Below, piece after piece: positions 25,332-38,395 of a stretch of 64,000 nucleotides of DNA; the first letter of the stretch is position 1, and each line of letters opens with the position of its first letter. The DNA is from Octopus sinensis. Lineage: Eukaryota. The notes below the pieces were generated by a model that was not told the DNA's origin, searched no databases, and saw nothing but the letters and a program-made list of their open reading frames with translations. The stretch is taken from assembly GCF_006345805.1 (NCBI RefSeq), contig NC_043003.1, positions 86,800,001-86,864,000 on the forward strand. Reading direction: 5' to 3'. A program made the translations under genes and the position numbers.

Positions 25332-25471
25332 TTCATCTTTTGGAAATAAAATAATGGATCAATGTTCTTTGCTGAAATTGACAAGCAGATTTGCAGGATG
25401 AATTTATAGTGTTAATAATTACAAGATGTTATATTTGGTAGACAGGAGGAGTACTAAACCAATCTCAACTG

Positions 25472-25591
25472 CTATCTATTGTGAGAAGCAGAGATTTCAG
25501 CTAAACCCTCTTCAATTAGACAAAGATCAGAAGAATCTTCTTTCATTAGTTGTATAATATGCTGTATTCCGGTTTGTTGCTGTTTCAAAAG
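25472..25591 (-). CDS. NUP54: Nup54 exon 11 (terminal coding exon)
   Basis: LLKQQQTGIQHIIQLMKEDSSDLCLIEEGLAEISASHNR*; TTTGCAG acceptor; TAG at 25474-25472. Confidence 0.95.
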   Translation of the reverse strand, partial: LLKQQQTGIQHIIQLMKEDSSDLCLIEEGLAEISASHNR

Positions 25592-26997
25592 CTGCAAAGG
25601 AAAACAAAATTACTATTAGAATTTGTATGCTTAACTATATATAAACAGGCATACCTCAACTTACATTGTTTCAAATCGTGTACATTTTGATATTATGTTG
25701 TTGTTTTTTTAGGGAAATTACTCGTAAAAAATAAGCCTCAACTTCAGTAAATTTATTTGAGACTGATGTCAATCTCAATGAACTTATTTCTTATTAAATA
25801 TAACTAATCCGAGAACTTTTAGATACCACCTTATATATTACCATAAAAATATTTTCTACATTAATTCAAACAACATTGGAAAGTAAGGAACGAATTTATC
25901 TGAGGAACCTATACACAGGTGCATGTGTTTGTGTGTATGGAAGTACATGTGTGTGTGTGTGCGTGTGGAAGTACGTGTGTGTGTGTGTGTAGATATATAC
26001 AAATCAGCCTCGCCTGGCCCTCGTGCCGGTGGCACATAAAAAGCACCATCCGTTCGTGGCCGTTTGCCAGCTCTGTCTGGCACCAGTGCGGGTGGCACGT
26101 AAAAAGCACCCACTACACTCACGGAGTGGTTGGCGTTAGGAAGGGCATCCAGCCGTAGAAACACTGCCAGATTTGACTGGGCCTGATGAAGCCTTCTGGC
26201 TTCACAGACCCCAGTAGAACCGTCCAACCCATGCTAGCATGGAAAACGGACGCTAAATGATGATGATGATGATGATGATGATGAGTCCTGATTACGACTT
26301 TAAACTGCATCCCGTAATAGTGCCATGGTACAGCAGTTCCAGGGTCTTGAGGTGTGTAAAACCACCTTGTCGCCATTATTACTTCCAGGTCTACTCTGAC
26401 CCGGATTAGTAGCTCTAATTAGGGTTCCAGTTATGGGTTAATTTGCATGTGAACTACTAGGAGTGAAGGACTTCTAGTCCCCGTTAGAACTTACTTCTGG
26501 GAGTAAACTCGTACAAGAACAAAAGGAAAAGAAAATCTGAATTGCAGTGTTGATTTCTGGTCAGTTCAACCTCTGTTGTGCCACTAGTTTTACAGCTGAC
26601 TGTGCTGAAAGGAGAGTTCAGTGTCGTGCAACACATTGGCCACTCAAATTTATTTCTTTATTGCCCACAGGGGGTTAAACATAGAGGGGAGAAACAGGGA
26701 CAAAGGGACTGGGTCAATTACATCAATCCCAGTACGTAACTGGTACTTATTTAATATTGAAGTGGAAAAAAGTGAAATAAAATACATGTGAAAATATATA
26801 TAGACCATCTATTAAAATACAAAGGGCGTGGCTGTGTGGTAAGAAGCTTGTTCCCAACCACATGGTGTCAGGTTCAGTTCCACTACGTGACATCTTGGGC
26901 AAGTGTCTTCTACAACAGACTGAGACTGACCAAATCCTTGTGAGTGAATTTAATAGATAGAAACTGAAAGAAGACTATCATGTGTATGTGTGTGTGT

Positions 26998-27037
<40 letters not shown>

Positions 27038-27121
27038 TACAGACATACACACACACACATATATATATACACATATATATATGTATATATATACACACAC
27101 ACACACACATATATATACACG

Positions 27122-27156
<35 letters not shown>

Positions 27157-27439
27157 TTATGTAGATATATGTCTCTGTGTGTGCCTTTGTGTCTGTTTGT
27201 CCCTCCATCATCACTTCACAACTGACGTTGGTGTGTTTACATGATCACAACTTAACGGTTCAGCAAAGAGATTAATAGAGTAAGTACTAGGACTTAAAAA
27301 AAACATCCTAGGATCAAAATGATGCGACAAAAACACGTCAAGGCAGTGCTCCAGCATGGCCACAGTCAAATGACTGAAACAAACAAAATCATCCCACCCA
27401 TGGTAACATGGAAGGCGCACGTTAAGCAATGATGATGAG

Positions 27440-27470
<31 letters not shown>

Positions 27471-29339
27471 CACGCGCACACATGTGTGTGTGCATGCCTA
27501 CCACTGACAGACAACCAGTGTTGGTGTGTTTACACCCCCAAAACTTATTAATTAGTCTTGCAAAAGAGACCAACAGAATGAGTACCAAGCTTAAAACGAA
27601 AAGTATTAGAGTCAATTCATTCAACTAAAAATTTGTCAAGCCATTGCCCCAGCATGGTCACAGACTAAATGACTGAATCGAGTACAAGGTGAAAAGTAAA
27701 ATAAAAACTGAAAAATGTGATGGTACAGTGTTATTATTATCATTTTAACATCCACTTTTCTGTGTTGCATGGGTTGGATGGATTTTAATGAGGCAGATGT
27801 TCTATGGCCAGATACCCTTCCTGGCACCAAGCCCCATCTGTTTCCAAGTTAGGTAATATTTCCCCATGCTGCTTGTATGACAGTGACACTCATGTAAAAC
27901 TATGACACATTACCAAGACATGGAGATACAAACATACACGCACAAGCATGGCTGGACACACTCTCAATTAAACAACAAATGTTCCAGTTGGGTCATTCAA
28001 CAGAAAAGCCTACTGATGAAATTAATGTCCAAAGTGATTGAGTACTCTACAGACACTCCATACTTTCAATGTAGCTGTCAGTGAGATTCAGCAAGACACA
28101 CTGAGTGTTACAAAGCTGGCACATTGAATTACTATGCATTTTTGCCACCTGAGTGAACTGGAGCAACAAGGGCACAAAATTTCACAGGCAATCAAACTCA
28201 TGACCTTACAATAGTAAGCAGAGTACACTAACCCACATGCCTTCAGTTGTATATACACACACACACACAATAATATACATTCACACACACACAACTGTCA
28301 ACAATTGACAAGTCCCTTAACTCATTGGAGGGTCATTGGGGCACTGTAGCCATGCAGCATATCGAGGGCAAGAAAGCCTGGTGGAGCTCATCCCTCTCCA
28401 GGTTAAACTCATTTCTACAGCTGAGTGGACTGGAGCAATGTGAAACGAAGTGTTTTGCTCAAGAACACAACAGATCGCCTGGTGAAGGGATTGAAACCAC
28501 AAACTTACGATCATGAATTCAACACCCTAACCACTAAGCAATGTGCCTCCCAAAGCCATATACACACACACACACACACACATATACATACACACCAGAC
28601 ATGCACATATATAAACACACACAATGGACTTCTTACAGTTTCTGTCAACTCAATCCACTCACAAGGCTTTGGTTGGCCCAGGGCTATGGAAAACATTTGA
28701 CCATGGTACCACGCAGTGGAAGTGAACTCAAGACCATGTGGTTGAGAAAGAAACCTCTTAACCATACTTGTCGTTATATGTGTGTGTTACATATTAGGCA
28801 ATACTACAGGTATAAGAAAATTTAACTAATTGTTCATTATGTGAACACAAAATAAACCTAAGCATTTTATAAGCAGAAATAAGTGAAGTTGTTACATTTA
28901 TGCCTTTCCTTAATAGACTGGTAACTTGTAAAATAGTGTTTCTCAACCAGGATCCATATGACCCTTGGTGTGTGTGTGTGTGTAGGGGGGGGGTTATACA
29001 ATTTTGTTGTTAAAATTTATCTACGATTAATTGGTTAGAATTCTACAATACACAAAATATTTTAACAATTTTTTTAATACAATTCCTAATATCTAATTAT
29101 CAAAGTATTATATATAAGTCAAAACTATTGAAAAGGTTGCAACACGCAACGAAAATTTTAGGACAATAAAAAATAAGAAATAAGTGGAAATTTTACCGGT
29201 GAGTGTGTTAAATAATAAGTCATACAAAAAGAAAATGACTCTCCCCAGACACTACAAAATATGCTTCAACACACAAACTCATATAAAGAATCTTGCAGAC
29301 CAAATCCAAAAGTGAGAAGTATAATATGTTTTTAAGCAT

Positions 29340-30573
29340 CAGACCAACTTCCGTCACTTTCCAGGGAGAAAAACTAGAAATAGTTGATAGTTTCCGTTAC
29401 CTAGGTGACCAAGTCAGCAGCGGGGTCGGGTGTGCTGAAAGTGTAACTGCTAGAGTAAGAATAGCTTGGGCAAAGTTCAGAGAGCTCTTACCTCTGCTGG
29501 TGACAAAAGGCCTCTCGCACAGAGTGAAAGGCAGACTGTATGATGCGTGTGTACGAACAGCCATGCTACATGGCAGTGAAACATGGGCCGTGACTGCTGA
29601 GGATATGCGTAAGCTCGCTAGAAATGAAGCCAGTATGCTCCGATGGATGTGTAATGCCGGTACTCACACTCGGCAGAGTGTAAGTACCTTGAGAGAAAAG
29701 CTGGACCTAAGAAGCATCAGTTGTGGTGTGCAAGAGAGACGTTTGCGCTGGTATGGTCATGTGGCGAGAATGGATGAAGATAGTTGTGTGTGAAAAAGTG
29801 CCACACCCTAGCGGTTGAGGGAACCTGTGGAAGAGGCAGACCCAGGAAAACCTGGGACGAGGTGGTGAAGCACGACCTTCGAACTTTAGGTCTCACTGAG
29901 GAAATGACTAGAGACCGAGACCTCTGGAAGTGTGCTGTGCGCGAGAAGACCCGGCAGGACAAGTGAGTCCATAACCCGTGGCCTTCTACATGGGATGGAG
30001 CCAGCCTACGTATGCATACCTTCCCTTCTTGGGACACAAAACTCTACTTGTGAAGACGTGATGAGGCAAGTGAGGATCAGAATCGAAATCGATCAATGGA
30101 AATTGCGGATGTGCTACCAGTGCCGGTGGCATGTCAAAACTCTGCTTGTGAAGACCCGTTGAGGCAAGTGACGATCAGAATCGAAATCGATCAATGGAAA
30201 TCGATCAATGGAAATTGCAGATGTGTTACCAGTGCCAGTGGCATGTAAGAGAACTTTCCGTTTCGCGACCGTTGCCAGCACCGCCCCATTTCGTGTCCGT
30301 TGCCAGCCTCGCCTGGCCCTCGTGCCGGTGGCACATAAAAAGCACCATCCGTTCGTGGCCGTTTGCCAGCTCTGTCTGGCACCAGTGCGGGTGGCACGTA
30401 AAAAGCACCCACTACACTCACGGAGTGGTTGGCGTTAGGAAGGGCATCCAGCCGTAGAAACACTGCCAGATTTGACTGGGCCTGATGAAGCCTTCTGGCT
30501 TCACAGACCCCAGTAGAACCGTCCAACCCATGCTAGCATGGAAAACGGACGCTAAACGATGATGATGATGATG
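29340..30573 (+). mobile_element. 5'-truncated RTE-clade LINE, young-looking, with a structured 3' UTR and (GAT)n tail
   Basis: FRYLGD..RVRIAWAKFREL..LHGSETW..RRLRWYGHVARM..GRGRPRKTW; single frameshift in a GT run near 29785; tail at 30557-30573. Confidence 0.9.
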
Positions 30574-30789
30574 AAGTGGCTACGAGGTTTCCATTTGAGT
30601 AAAATGGGAATCAAAGGAGTCCATAAGCAAAAATTGATTGAGAAACACTGATGATGTAAAGTAACACAAAGTGGTGAGTAATTCCATATGGGGGTCAAAA
30701 CTGAGCAGAGGCACATACAATTCACTGAGGACTTGCTCTAAACTAGGACACCCTCAATAATTCGTGATATAACAATAGATATGACATAC

Positions 30790-30900
30790 TTCGCGGATCT
30801 CTTCTTCCATAACAGGTTCCATTTGGTAATTTGCATCAACCCATGGAGTGGTCAAGTGATTCTGCATGCGGATTTGTGACAGCAGCTCATTGAGTCGGCC
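30790..30900 (-). CDS. NUP54: Nup54 exon 10
   Basis: GRLNELLSQIRMQNHLTTPWVDANYQMEPVMEEEIRE; CAG acceptor, GTATGT donor; 111 nt. Confidence 0.96.
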
Positions 30901-31737
30901 CTGAAATTAAGAGAGTAAATTTAGTTTATGGAGTCGTAGCGGTAAAAGAGAGAGAAAGAGAACCAGACCAGACAGAGACAGACATACAAAGGGAGAGAGA
31001 GTTAATCTTTTAGCATTTAACCATTTAGCATCCAGATTTCTCTGTCAAATATAACGCTTGCTTATTCGTGTTGTTTTGAATTAAACCTGCATTATTATCT
31101 CATAGCTTTGATAGTTTGATGATGTGACTGTTTATTTTAGGGTGACATCAGAGGGTAGATACGAGATGCCAGATCTGGCTGGTCTAAACATAAAACAAGT
31201 AAAATATTTTGGTTGGATATGGCCAGCTTCAACACTAAAGGGTTAAACCAGCCATATCCAACCAAAATATTCTACTTGTTTTATGCTCAAACTGACCTGA
31301 TCTGGCCTGTCACAACTATTCTTCAAGGACATTCAAAAAATAAACAACTTCTGCAAATTTAGGATTCTCCATAAATACAAAATTTTATTTAGGTACTTAT
31401 GGGAGCAACAGTCTTCAAAGACTCATATTGTCATTTAATGCTCGAAATGAGGAGTAGACAGACAGCAGACAACTGATGAAGGGTCGCTCTTTGTGTTATT
31501 TCTCCTGTTTTCCATTTGTTTCTCTTGTTGTTTGCATATTGAGCTCATTTGTTTCTGTATTTCATGTTTATTATTGGTGACATCCTGTATTCATATAGGC
31601 ATATATATATATATATATATATATATCCTTTCAAGAATTTATCCATAATTAGTGGTTTGAATTTTCTACTGCTCTTTCTAGCACAAGGTTTTCCTATTTG
31701 GAAGCCTCTTAATGTGTTCTAATAGACACGATATTTT

Positions 31738-31777
<40 letters not shown>

Positions 31778-32424
31778 GTATATACATATATATATATATA
31801 TTATCTATATTATTATTTGACCGAACACCATGCATCCATTTCCAAGTAAGTTTATCTTAATTTTTTTGATGTGACTCTATACTGTTTTCTCCCCCCATCC
31901 ATTTCTCTAATTCCCATTTTCACCCTTTCACCGTTTTCTATCTGTCTCTCTTCTCCCCACTTTCTCTTTTTCCCTCTCTCTAGTAGCTCACATGTGACCA
32001 TCGTCCATCCTTCTTTTCCTACAGGACTATCCTAAGGACTGGATGTATTGTATCATACTCTTCTATCTTTTCTCTTTTCAAAGAAAATATTTCTCTAGCA
32101 TTTGCTATTGTACCCTCGTTCTGGTCTAACTATCCTCCATATTTGTTTCCGAGTTGTTTCCTTGTATGTCTCCACTGTCCTGTTTCTGTTCCCAACTTTG
32201 ACCCTCCATAAATCCAAAATTTTATTTTGGCACTTATGGAAGCAACAGTCTTCAAAGACTCATATTGTCATCCAATGCTCGAAATGAGGAGCAGACAGAC
32301 AGTGGACCATTCTTTGTGTTATTTGTTCTTTTTTACATTTGTTTGTCTCATTGTATGCATATTCAACTCATTTGTTTTCGAATTTCATGTTGTTTACTGT
32401 TGGTGATATCCTGTACCCATATAC

Positions 32425-32464
<40 letters not shown>

Positions 32465-32618
32465 ATGCACATATATATGCATACACATATATACATACAT
32501 ACACATATATATATATATATATATATGCATACACATATATACATACATACACATATATATGCATATATATATATCAGTATACACATATATATACATATAT
32601 GCACTATATATGTGTGTG

Positions 32619-32668
<50 letters not shown>

Positions 32669-32830
32669 AATATATGTGTATATGTATATATATGTAGGTG
32701 TATATATATATATGTGTGTGCGTGTATATGTGTATATATACATATGTGTGTGTGTATATATATGTATATATACATATGTGTGTGTGTGTATATATGTGTG
32801 TGTGTGTGTATGTATGTATATATATATATA
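32425..32830. repeat. Compound (TA)n/(CA)n/(TG)n low-complexity tract
   Basis: Direct reading. Confidence 0.95.
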
Positions 32831-33355
32831 AATAAAGTTGATGCACGTGAAATTTACAGTAAAAACCAGAGAGTTAGCAAAGAGCAAGTTTCATATGAAC
32901 AGAAGAGATGATTTTACAGTTATTAGCATGAGTCAGACAGTTTGACATGGAGTTGGCTAGCAGGGAGCTGTCCAGACTCCAGCCATCTGCTTAGGCATGG
33001 TTTGTACAGCTGGTTGCCTCCTAACACTAACCACTTAACAGAGTGGGCTGGGTGCTTTTTACATGCCACCAGCACAGGTGCGTTTACACAGCACTGACAT
33101 GGGTGCATTAACGCAGTACCAGCACAGGTACATTAACACAACACTGGCACAGGTGCTATTTAAACAGTACTGGCACAGTGATGATCTATATATTTATAAT
33201 GCATGCTGGTCGCAAATGAGGCTGTTGGCTGGTGAGAAAATAATTAGTGATAGAGACAGACTAAGAAAGACTTACAAAGCAATAGTTGGATCCGATCCAA
33301 TTAAAAACAACAGAAAAAAATGCATGTTAATTGATGTTAATTGAAAATAATTCAC

Positions 33356-33475
33356 CTTGAACTGTGTCGGATGATTAAGTTCCGACTGTAATGCCTCCAG
33401 CTGAGCACGGAATTGTTCTTCGGTATCTTGCATGGCTACACCTAGTTTTCGGTAAACTTCTTGCTTGACAATAAC
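33356..33475 (-). CDS. NUP54: Nup54 exon 9
   Basis: VIVKQEVYRKLGVAMQDTEEQFRAQLEALQSELNHPTQFK; 120 nt, phase 0-0. Confidence 0.96.
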
Positions 33476-35254
33476 CTGTGGAGTTACAAAAGAAAAAAAT
33501 ACAATGCAGAATGACAGATTCATTGTAGAATCAAAGCAAATGCCTTGTGGTATTTGTTTTGGCTTTTTTATGCTGTGAGTTCAAATCCTTCTGGCATCAA
33601 ATTTGACTTTCATCCTTTTGGAGCCAATAAAACAGAATATCATTCAAATAATGAATTTGATGAGATTGACTAATTCCCTTCCCTAAATTAGAAATCATTG
33701 TCGTCCTCATTATTATTGTTGCTGTTGTTGTTGGTAGGGTGGCATGCTGGCAGAATCATTAGCATGCCAGGCAAAATGTTTAGAGGCATTTCATCCGTCT
33801 TTATGTTCTAAGTTCAAATTCTGTCATGGTCGACTTTGTCTTTCATCCTTTTGGGATCAATTAAATAAGTTAAACACTGGGGTTGGTATAACTGACTTGC
33901 CCACTCCTAAAGATCTTACTACAATTATTATTATTATTATTATTATTATCGGTGAGCTGCCAGAATCATTACTGCATCAGAAAAAAATATTTAGGGGCAT
34001 TTCTTCCAGCTCTTTACATTCTGAGTTCAGATTCCATTGTGGTCAACTTTACCTTTCAAGGTTGATAAAACAAGTACTAGTTGAGCACTGGGGTCAATGT
34101 AATTCATCATCATCATCATCGTCGTTTAACGTCCGTTTTCCATGCTAGCATGGGTTGGACGGTTCGACCGGGGTCTGGGAAGCCAGGAGGCTGCACCAGG
34201 CTCCAGTCTGATCTGGCAGTGTTTCTACAGCTGGATGCCCTTCCTAACACCAACCACTCCATGAATGTAAAGGGTGCTTTTTATGTGCTACCAGCACAGG
34301 GACCAGAGAAGGCTGGCAATGGCCACAATCGGTTGGTGCTTTTCACATACAGTCCTAAAAATTGCTGAACTTGTGCCAAAATTAATGATGATGATGATGA
34401 CGACAACTATGATCATGAAGATGCAAGTTTTTATTATTTCAATAACTTTTATGTATACTTTTACCATGCTTGCAGGATTGGATGAATTTTCACAAGAACA
34501 GCATCTTTTTTTGGTAATTTTTGTGAGATTTAGCTTTTACCACTTCTTCCTAAGTCACCTTGGTTTTTTTCTAAGTTGTTGCTTCCACTTGGCTTTCCTG
34601 GGACTTCTTAACCCAAACACAACACATATCCAAACTAACTTAGTCAGCCCTCTTACACACAAAACTTGTTTCCTCTTATAATCATCTACCTTGTCCTTAC
34701 TCTAGCAGCTATGCTTTTGAAGAACACCTTCCCTAACTACTAATTTGGTCACCTAGATATTGGAAGCTATCTATTATTTCTATGAAGCTCTCCAAGCATT
34801 TGAAAGAATATATTTTATGGGTCATCTTATTGCTAATTATTCTAGTGCATCAGCTATATATGAAATTCCCTTTCTTTATCAGCCTACTTGTAATACAACC
34901 TTATTTCTTCTAGAAATTTCCTGTTAGGTCCTATACAATTCCGGCTTAATTTAATCTAGAGCAGTTACATGCTTAGTTCTTTCATGACAATAAATGAGAA
35001 ATATTAATAACTAATCCAGTCAATATTTATAGTTCTCAAGGTGGTGAGCTGGCAGAATTAGCACACTGGGCAAATTGCTTAGCAGCATTTCATCCATCTT
35101 TAGGTTGAGTTCAAATTGACTCAGCATTTCATCCTTTAGAGGGTCAATAAAATAAATACCAATAATGTAGGAACACTGGGGTCGATATGACTTATTCCTT
35201 CACTCAAAACTGCTGACATTCTGCAAAAATGGTTCTTATATTTCAAAATATTTA

Positions 35255-36695
35255 TGAGATAGCATTAAAAAGTTCCCAGACTAGATTCTGTAGTGCGCCA
35301 ACAGATGGTAGCACATGGTTGCATGTGCAGTGAGAGATAGCAGTGACTTTCATGAGGCAGTGTACCAAGTGACATCATTGTTTACTTCACAGGTTGTGAA
35401 ATTTGTGTTTTTGTGATCACATGTATATTGTAGTCTGTGATTTTTGTCTTAGACTGGAAGTTGGAACAAAGAGCCAAAGTGAAACATTTGAGAAGACTTC
35501 TATAGAGACATTGAGCATGCTTCGGCAAGCTTACGGCGACAAAGCAATGGGTCGTACACAATGTTTTGAGTGGCATCGGCACTTCAAAAGTGGAAGAACA
35601 TCCCTGGAAGATGATGAGCAATCTGGAAGACCTGTTACAAGTATCACCCCCCGAAATGTGGAGACAATTCATCAGCTTGTACATGTGGATCATCAAAGGA
35701 CAACCAATGACATTTTGAAGCATCTGAGGGAGGACATTTGACGAAAGCAACCAGGTCTGTGGAGCACGATGAATTGGATTCTTCATGATGGCAATGCACC
35801 CCGTCACTGAACTCCCTTCACTCATGAGTTTCTTGCCAAGAACAACATGGTATCGCTTCCACACCCACCCAATTTGCCAGACTTAGCACCTGCAGACTTC
35901 CATCTCTTTCCCAAGATAGAAATGCAGTTCAAAGGTCAGTTTTTTTTACACCATTGTCAAGATCAAGAGCAAATCAAAACCAAAATCAATTCGATGGCTG
36001 GCATCCGTGCTAGCGGGGTGCAAAGAGCACCATACAAGTGTGATCGTTGACAGAGCGGCTAACCGGCCTCCGTGCCAGCAGCACATAAAAGGCACCATTT
36101 GAGTATGACCGTTACCAGCGTCGCCTTACTGGCACTTGTGCATGTGCTAGTAGGGTGCTAATCTGAGTAGGGTGCCAACTGGCTTTCGTACCCATGGCAC
36201 GTAAAAGGGTACCATTCGAGCGTGATCATTACCAACGTCGCTTCACTGGCACCTGTACCGGTGGCACATGTAAAAAGATTCAAGCGAGGTCATTGCCAGT
36301 ACCACCTGACTGGCGCCCATGCCGGTAGCACGTAAAAAGCACCCACTTTTAGTGGTTAGGAAGGGCATCCAGCTGTAGAAACTCTGCCAGATCAAGATTG
36401 GAGCCTGGTGCAGCCATCTGGTTCGCCAGCCCTCAATCAAATCGTCCAGCCCATGCTAGCATGGAAAGCGGACGTTAAACGATGATGATGATGATGAAGA
36501 AGAGCAAATTGCAGGAGGTCCTCGACTTGCCTACGGAAAATGACTTCCAAACCAAATACCAAAAGTGACAGGAAGACTGGGACCAGTGTATTGCTGTGTA
36601 AGGTGACTATTTTGAAGGAGATGGTGTCAAAACTCCAGCAAGTTATTTTTTATTAAACATAACCAGTCTGAGACCTTTTCAATACCACCTGTGTA
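35255..36695 (+). mobile_element. Mariner copy (same family as 19186) interrupted by an RTE-tail insertion at about 35995-36497
   Basis: TIR-like ends; F..GRTSLEDDEQSGRP, PDLAPADFHLFPK, GDYFEGD. Confidence 0.8.
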
Positions 36696-36714
36696 TCTCA
36701 ATGTTATTTGTTTC

Positions 36715-37630
36715 TGTTAATTTTCATTGACTGGGACTGAAAGGCAGATTGTATGATGCCTGGCTGTGATCAGCTATGTTACATAGCAGTGAAACACGGG
36801 CTGTGACAGCCGATAACAAGCACAGGCTTGAAAGAAATGAAGCCAGTATACTTCGTTAGATGTACAATGTCAGTGTGCATGTTTGACAGAGTGTAAGCAT
36901 CTTGAGAGAAAAGTTGGGCATAAGAGGCATCAGATGTGGTATGCAAGAGAGACAACTGCGCTGGTATGGTCATGTGATGCATATAGATAAGGACAACTGT
37001 GTAAAGAAGTGCTGATCTCTAACTGTGGAGAGAACCTGTGCTAAAGGTAATCTCAAGAAGACATGGGATGAGGTGATGAAGCATGATCTTCGAACTTTGG
37101 GCCTCACAGACTTGTAACTGAGACCTTTGGTGATATGCTTGAGAAGACCTACCAAGCCAAGTGAAATCGTAGCCGTGGCCAATGCTGGTGTCACGTAAAA
37201 AGCATCTTTTGAGCATTGGGCCTCATGGAGGCAAAGTGACCGACACTGGTGGCATGTGAAAAGCACCTTTTGAATGTTGAGCCTCATGGAGGCCAAGTGA
37301 CCAACACTGGTGGTATGTGAAAAGCGCCTTTCGAAAGTTGGGCCTCACATAGGCAATGATGAATGACCAAGACCTTTGGCATTATGTCGTGCTTGAGAAG
37401 AAGACCGATCAAGCCAAGTAAGATTGCAATTGTGGCAGATACTGGTATCACGCAAATGGAACCCATGCCAGTGGCACCTAAAAGCACCCATTACATTCTC
37501 AGAATGGCTGGCATTAGGAAGGGCATCCAGCCATAGAAATCATGCCAAGTCAGATTGGTGTCTGGTGCAGCCTTGGTCAAACTGTCCAACCCATGCCAGC
37601 ATGGACAACAGACATTAAATGATGATGATG
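36715..37630 (+). mobile_element. Older RTE LINE 3' fragment
   Basis: Homologous to 29540-30573 (LREKLGIRGIRCG.QERQLRWYGHV), ends in (GAT)n. Confidence 0.8.
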
Positions 37631-38287
37631 ACTGCTCCAACACGTTTCTCAAGTTCTGCATTATCTCAAGTGTCTTTATTCAATATAGTTCATTTTTTTT
37701 ACATCTGCCTTTCCATGGGTTGGACAGGCTTCTCTAGAACAGCACATTGCCAATTATTTAAGGTCCTTTCTCAGAAGCCTATCACATATATGTATATGCA
37801 AAAGATATACACTTCACCATAGAAAAAAATAACTATCAGCGAACCAGTATGTGAAACAAAATAAATTATGACGTCTATCTTGCCAAGATTCAGAGATCAT
37901 CATTCTCACCATTAGAAATGCAATAAACTAGTAAGTGACTACTGCAAAACATTTTTTTTATGATCAGGTTCCAGTTTGGACCAAATGAATTGATTGCTGT
38001 GACCAGGATTCGAAACTGGGTTACCATGGCCACAATCATGACTGGCAACAAAGCTCAAACTTATAACCAACACAGTAACATGTTCAAAGCAAGATTGATT
38101 TATAACATGAATGGCTAACCTATTTTGAGAAGCAGATTGCATAAGACTTAAGATATGGCTCTTCATCAGGTGGGCCACACTACTAATAAAAATTCCAGGT
38201 AATTTTGCATTAGCATGACATTCAGAAAATCCTGTGGGCCACATACTGCCCATAGCTGATCTAAAATAAAATAACACTCTTGCTTAC

Positions 38288-38395
38288 TTTTAGAAGGCGA
38301 TGCCCCAAGTTAAGGTGTTTCCTTTTAGCTTCATCCATTCTGGCAACGGTATTACGATGCTTCAGCTGCAGCTCATTCAACTCTTGGGCAATCAA
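38288..38395 (-). CDS. NUP54: Nup54 exon 8 (coiled coil)
   Basis: Translated by hand: LIAQELNELQLKHRNTVARMDEAKRKHLNLGHRLLK; CAG acceptor, GTAAGC donor; 108 nt, phase 0-0. Confidence 0.95.
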
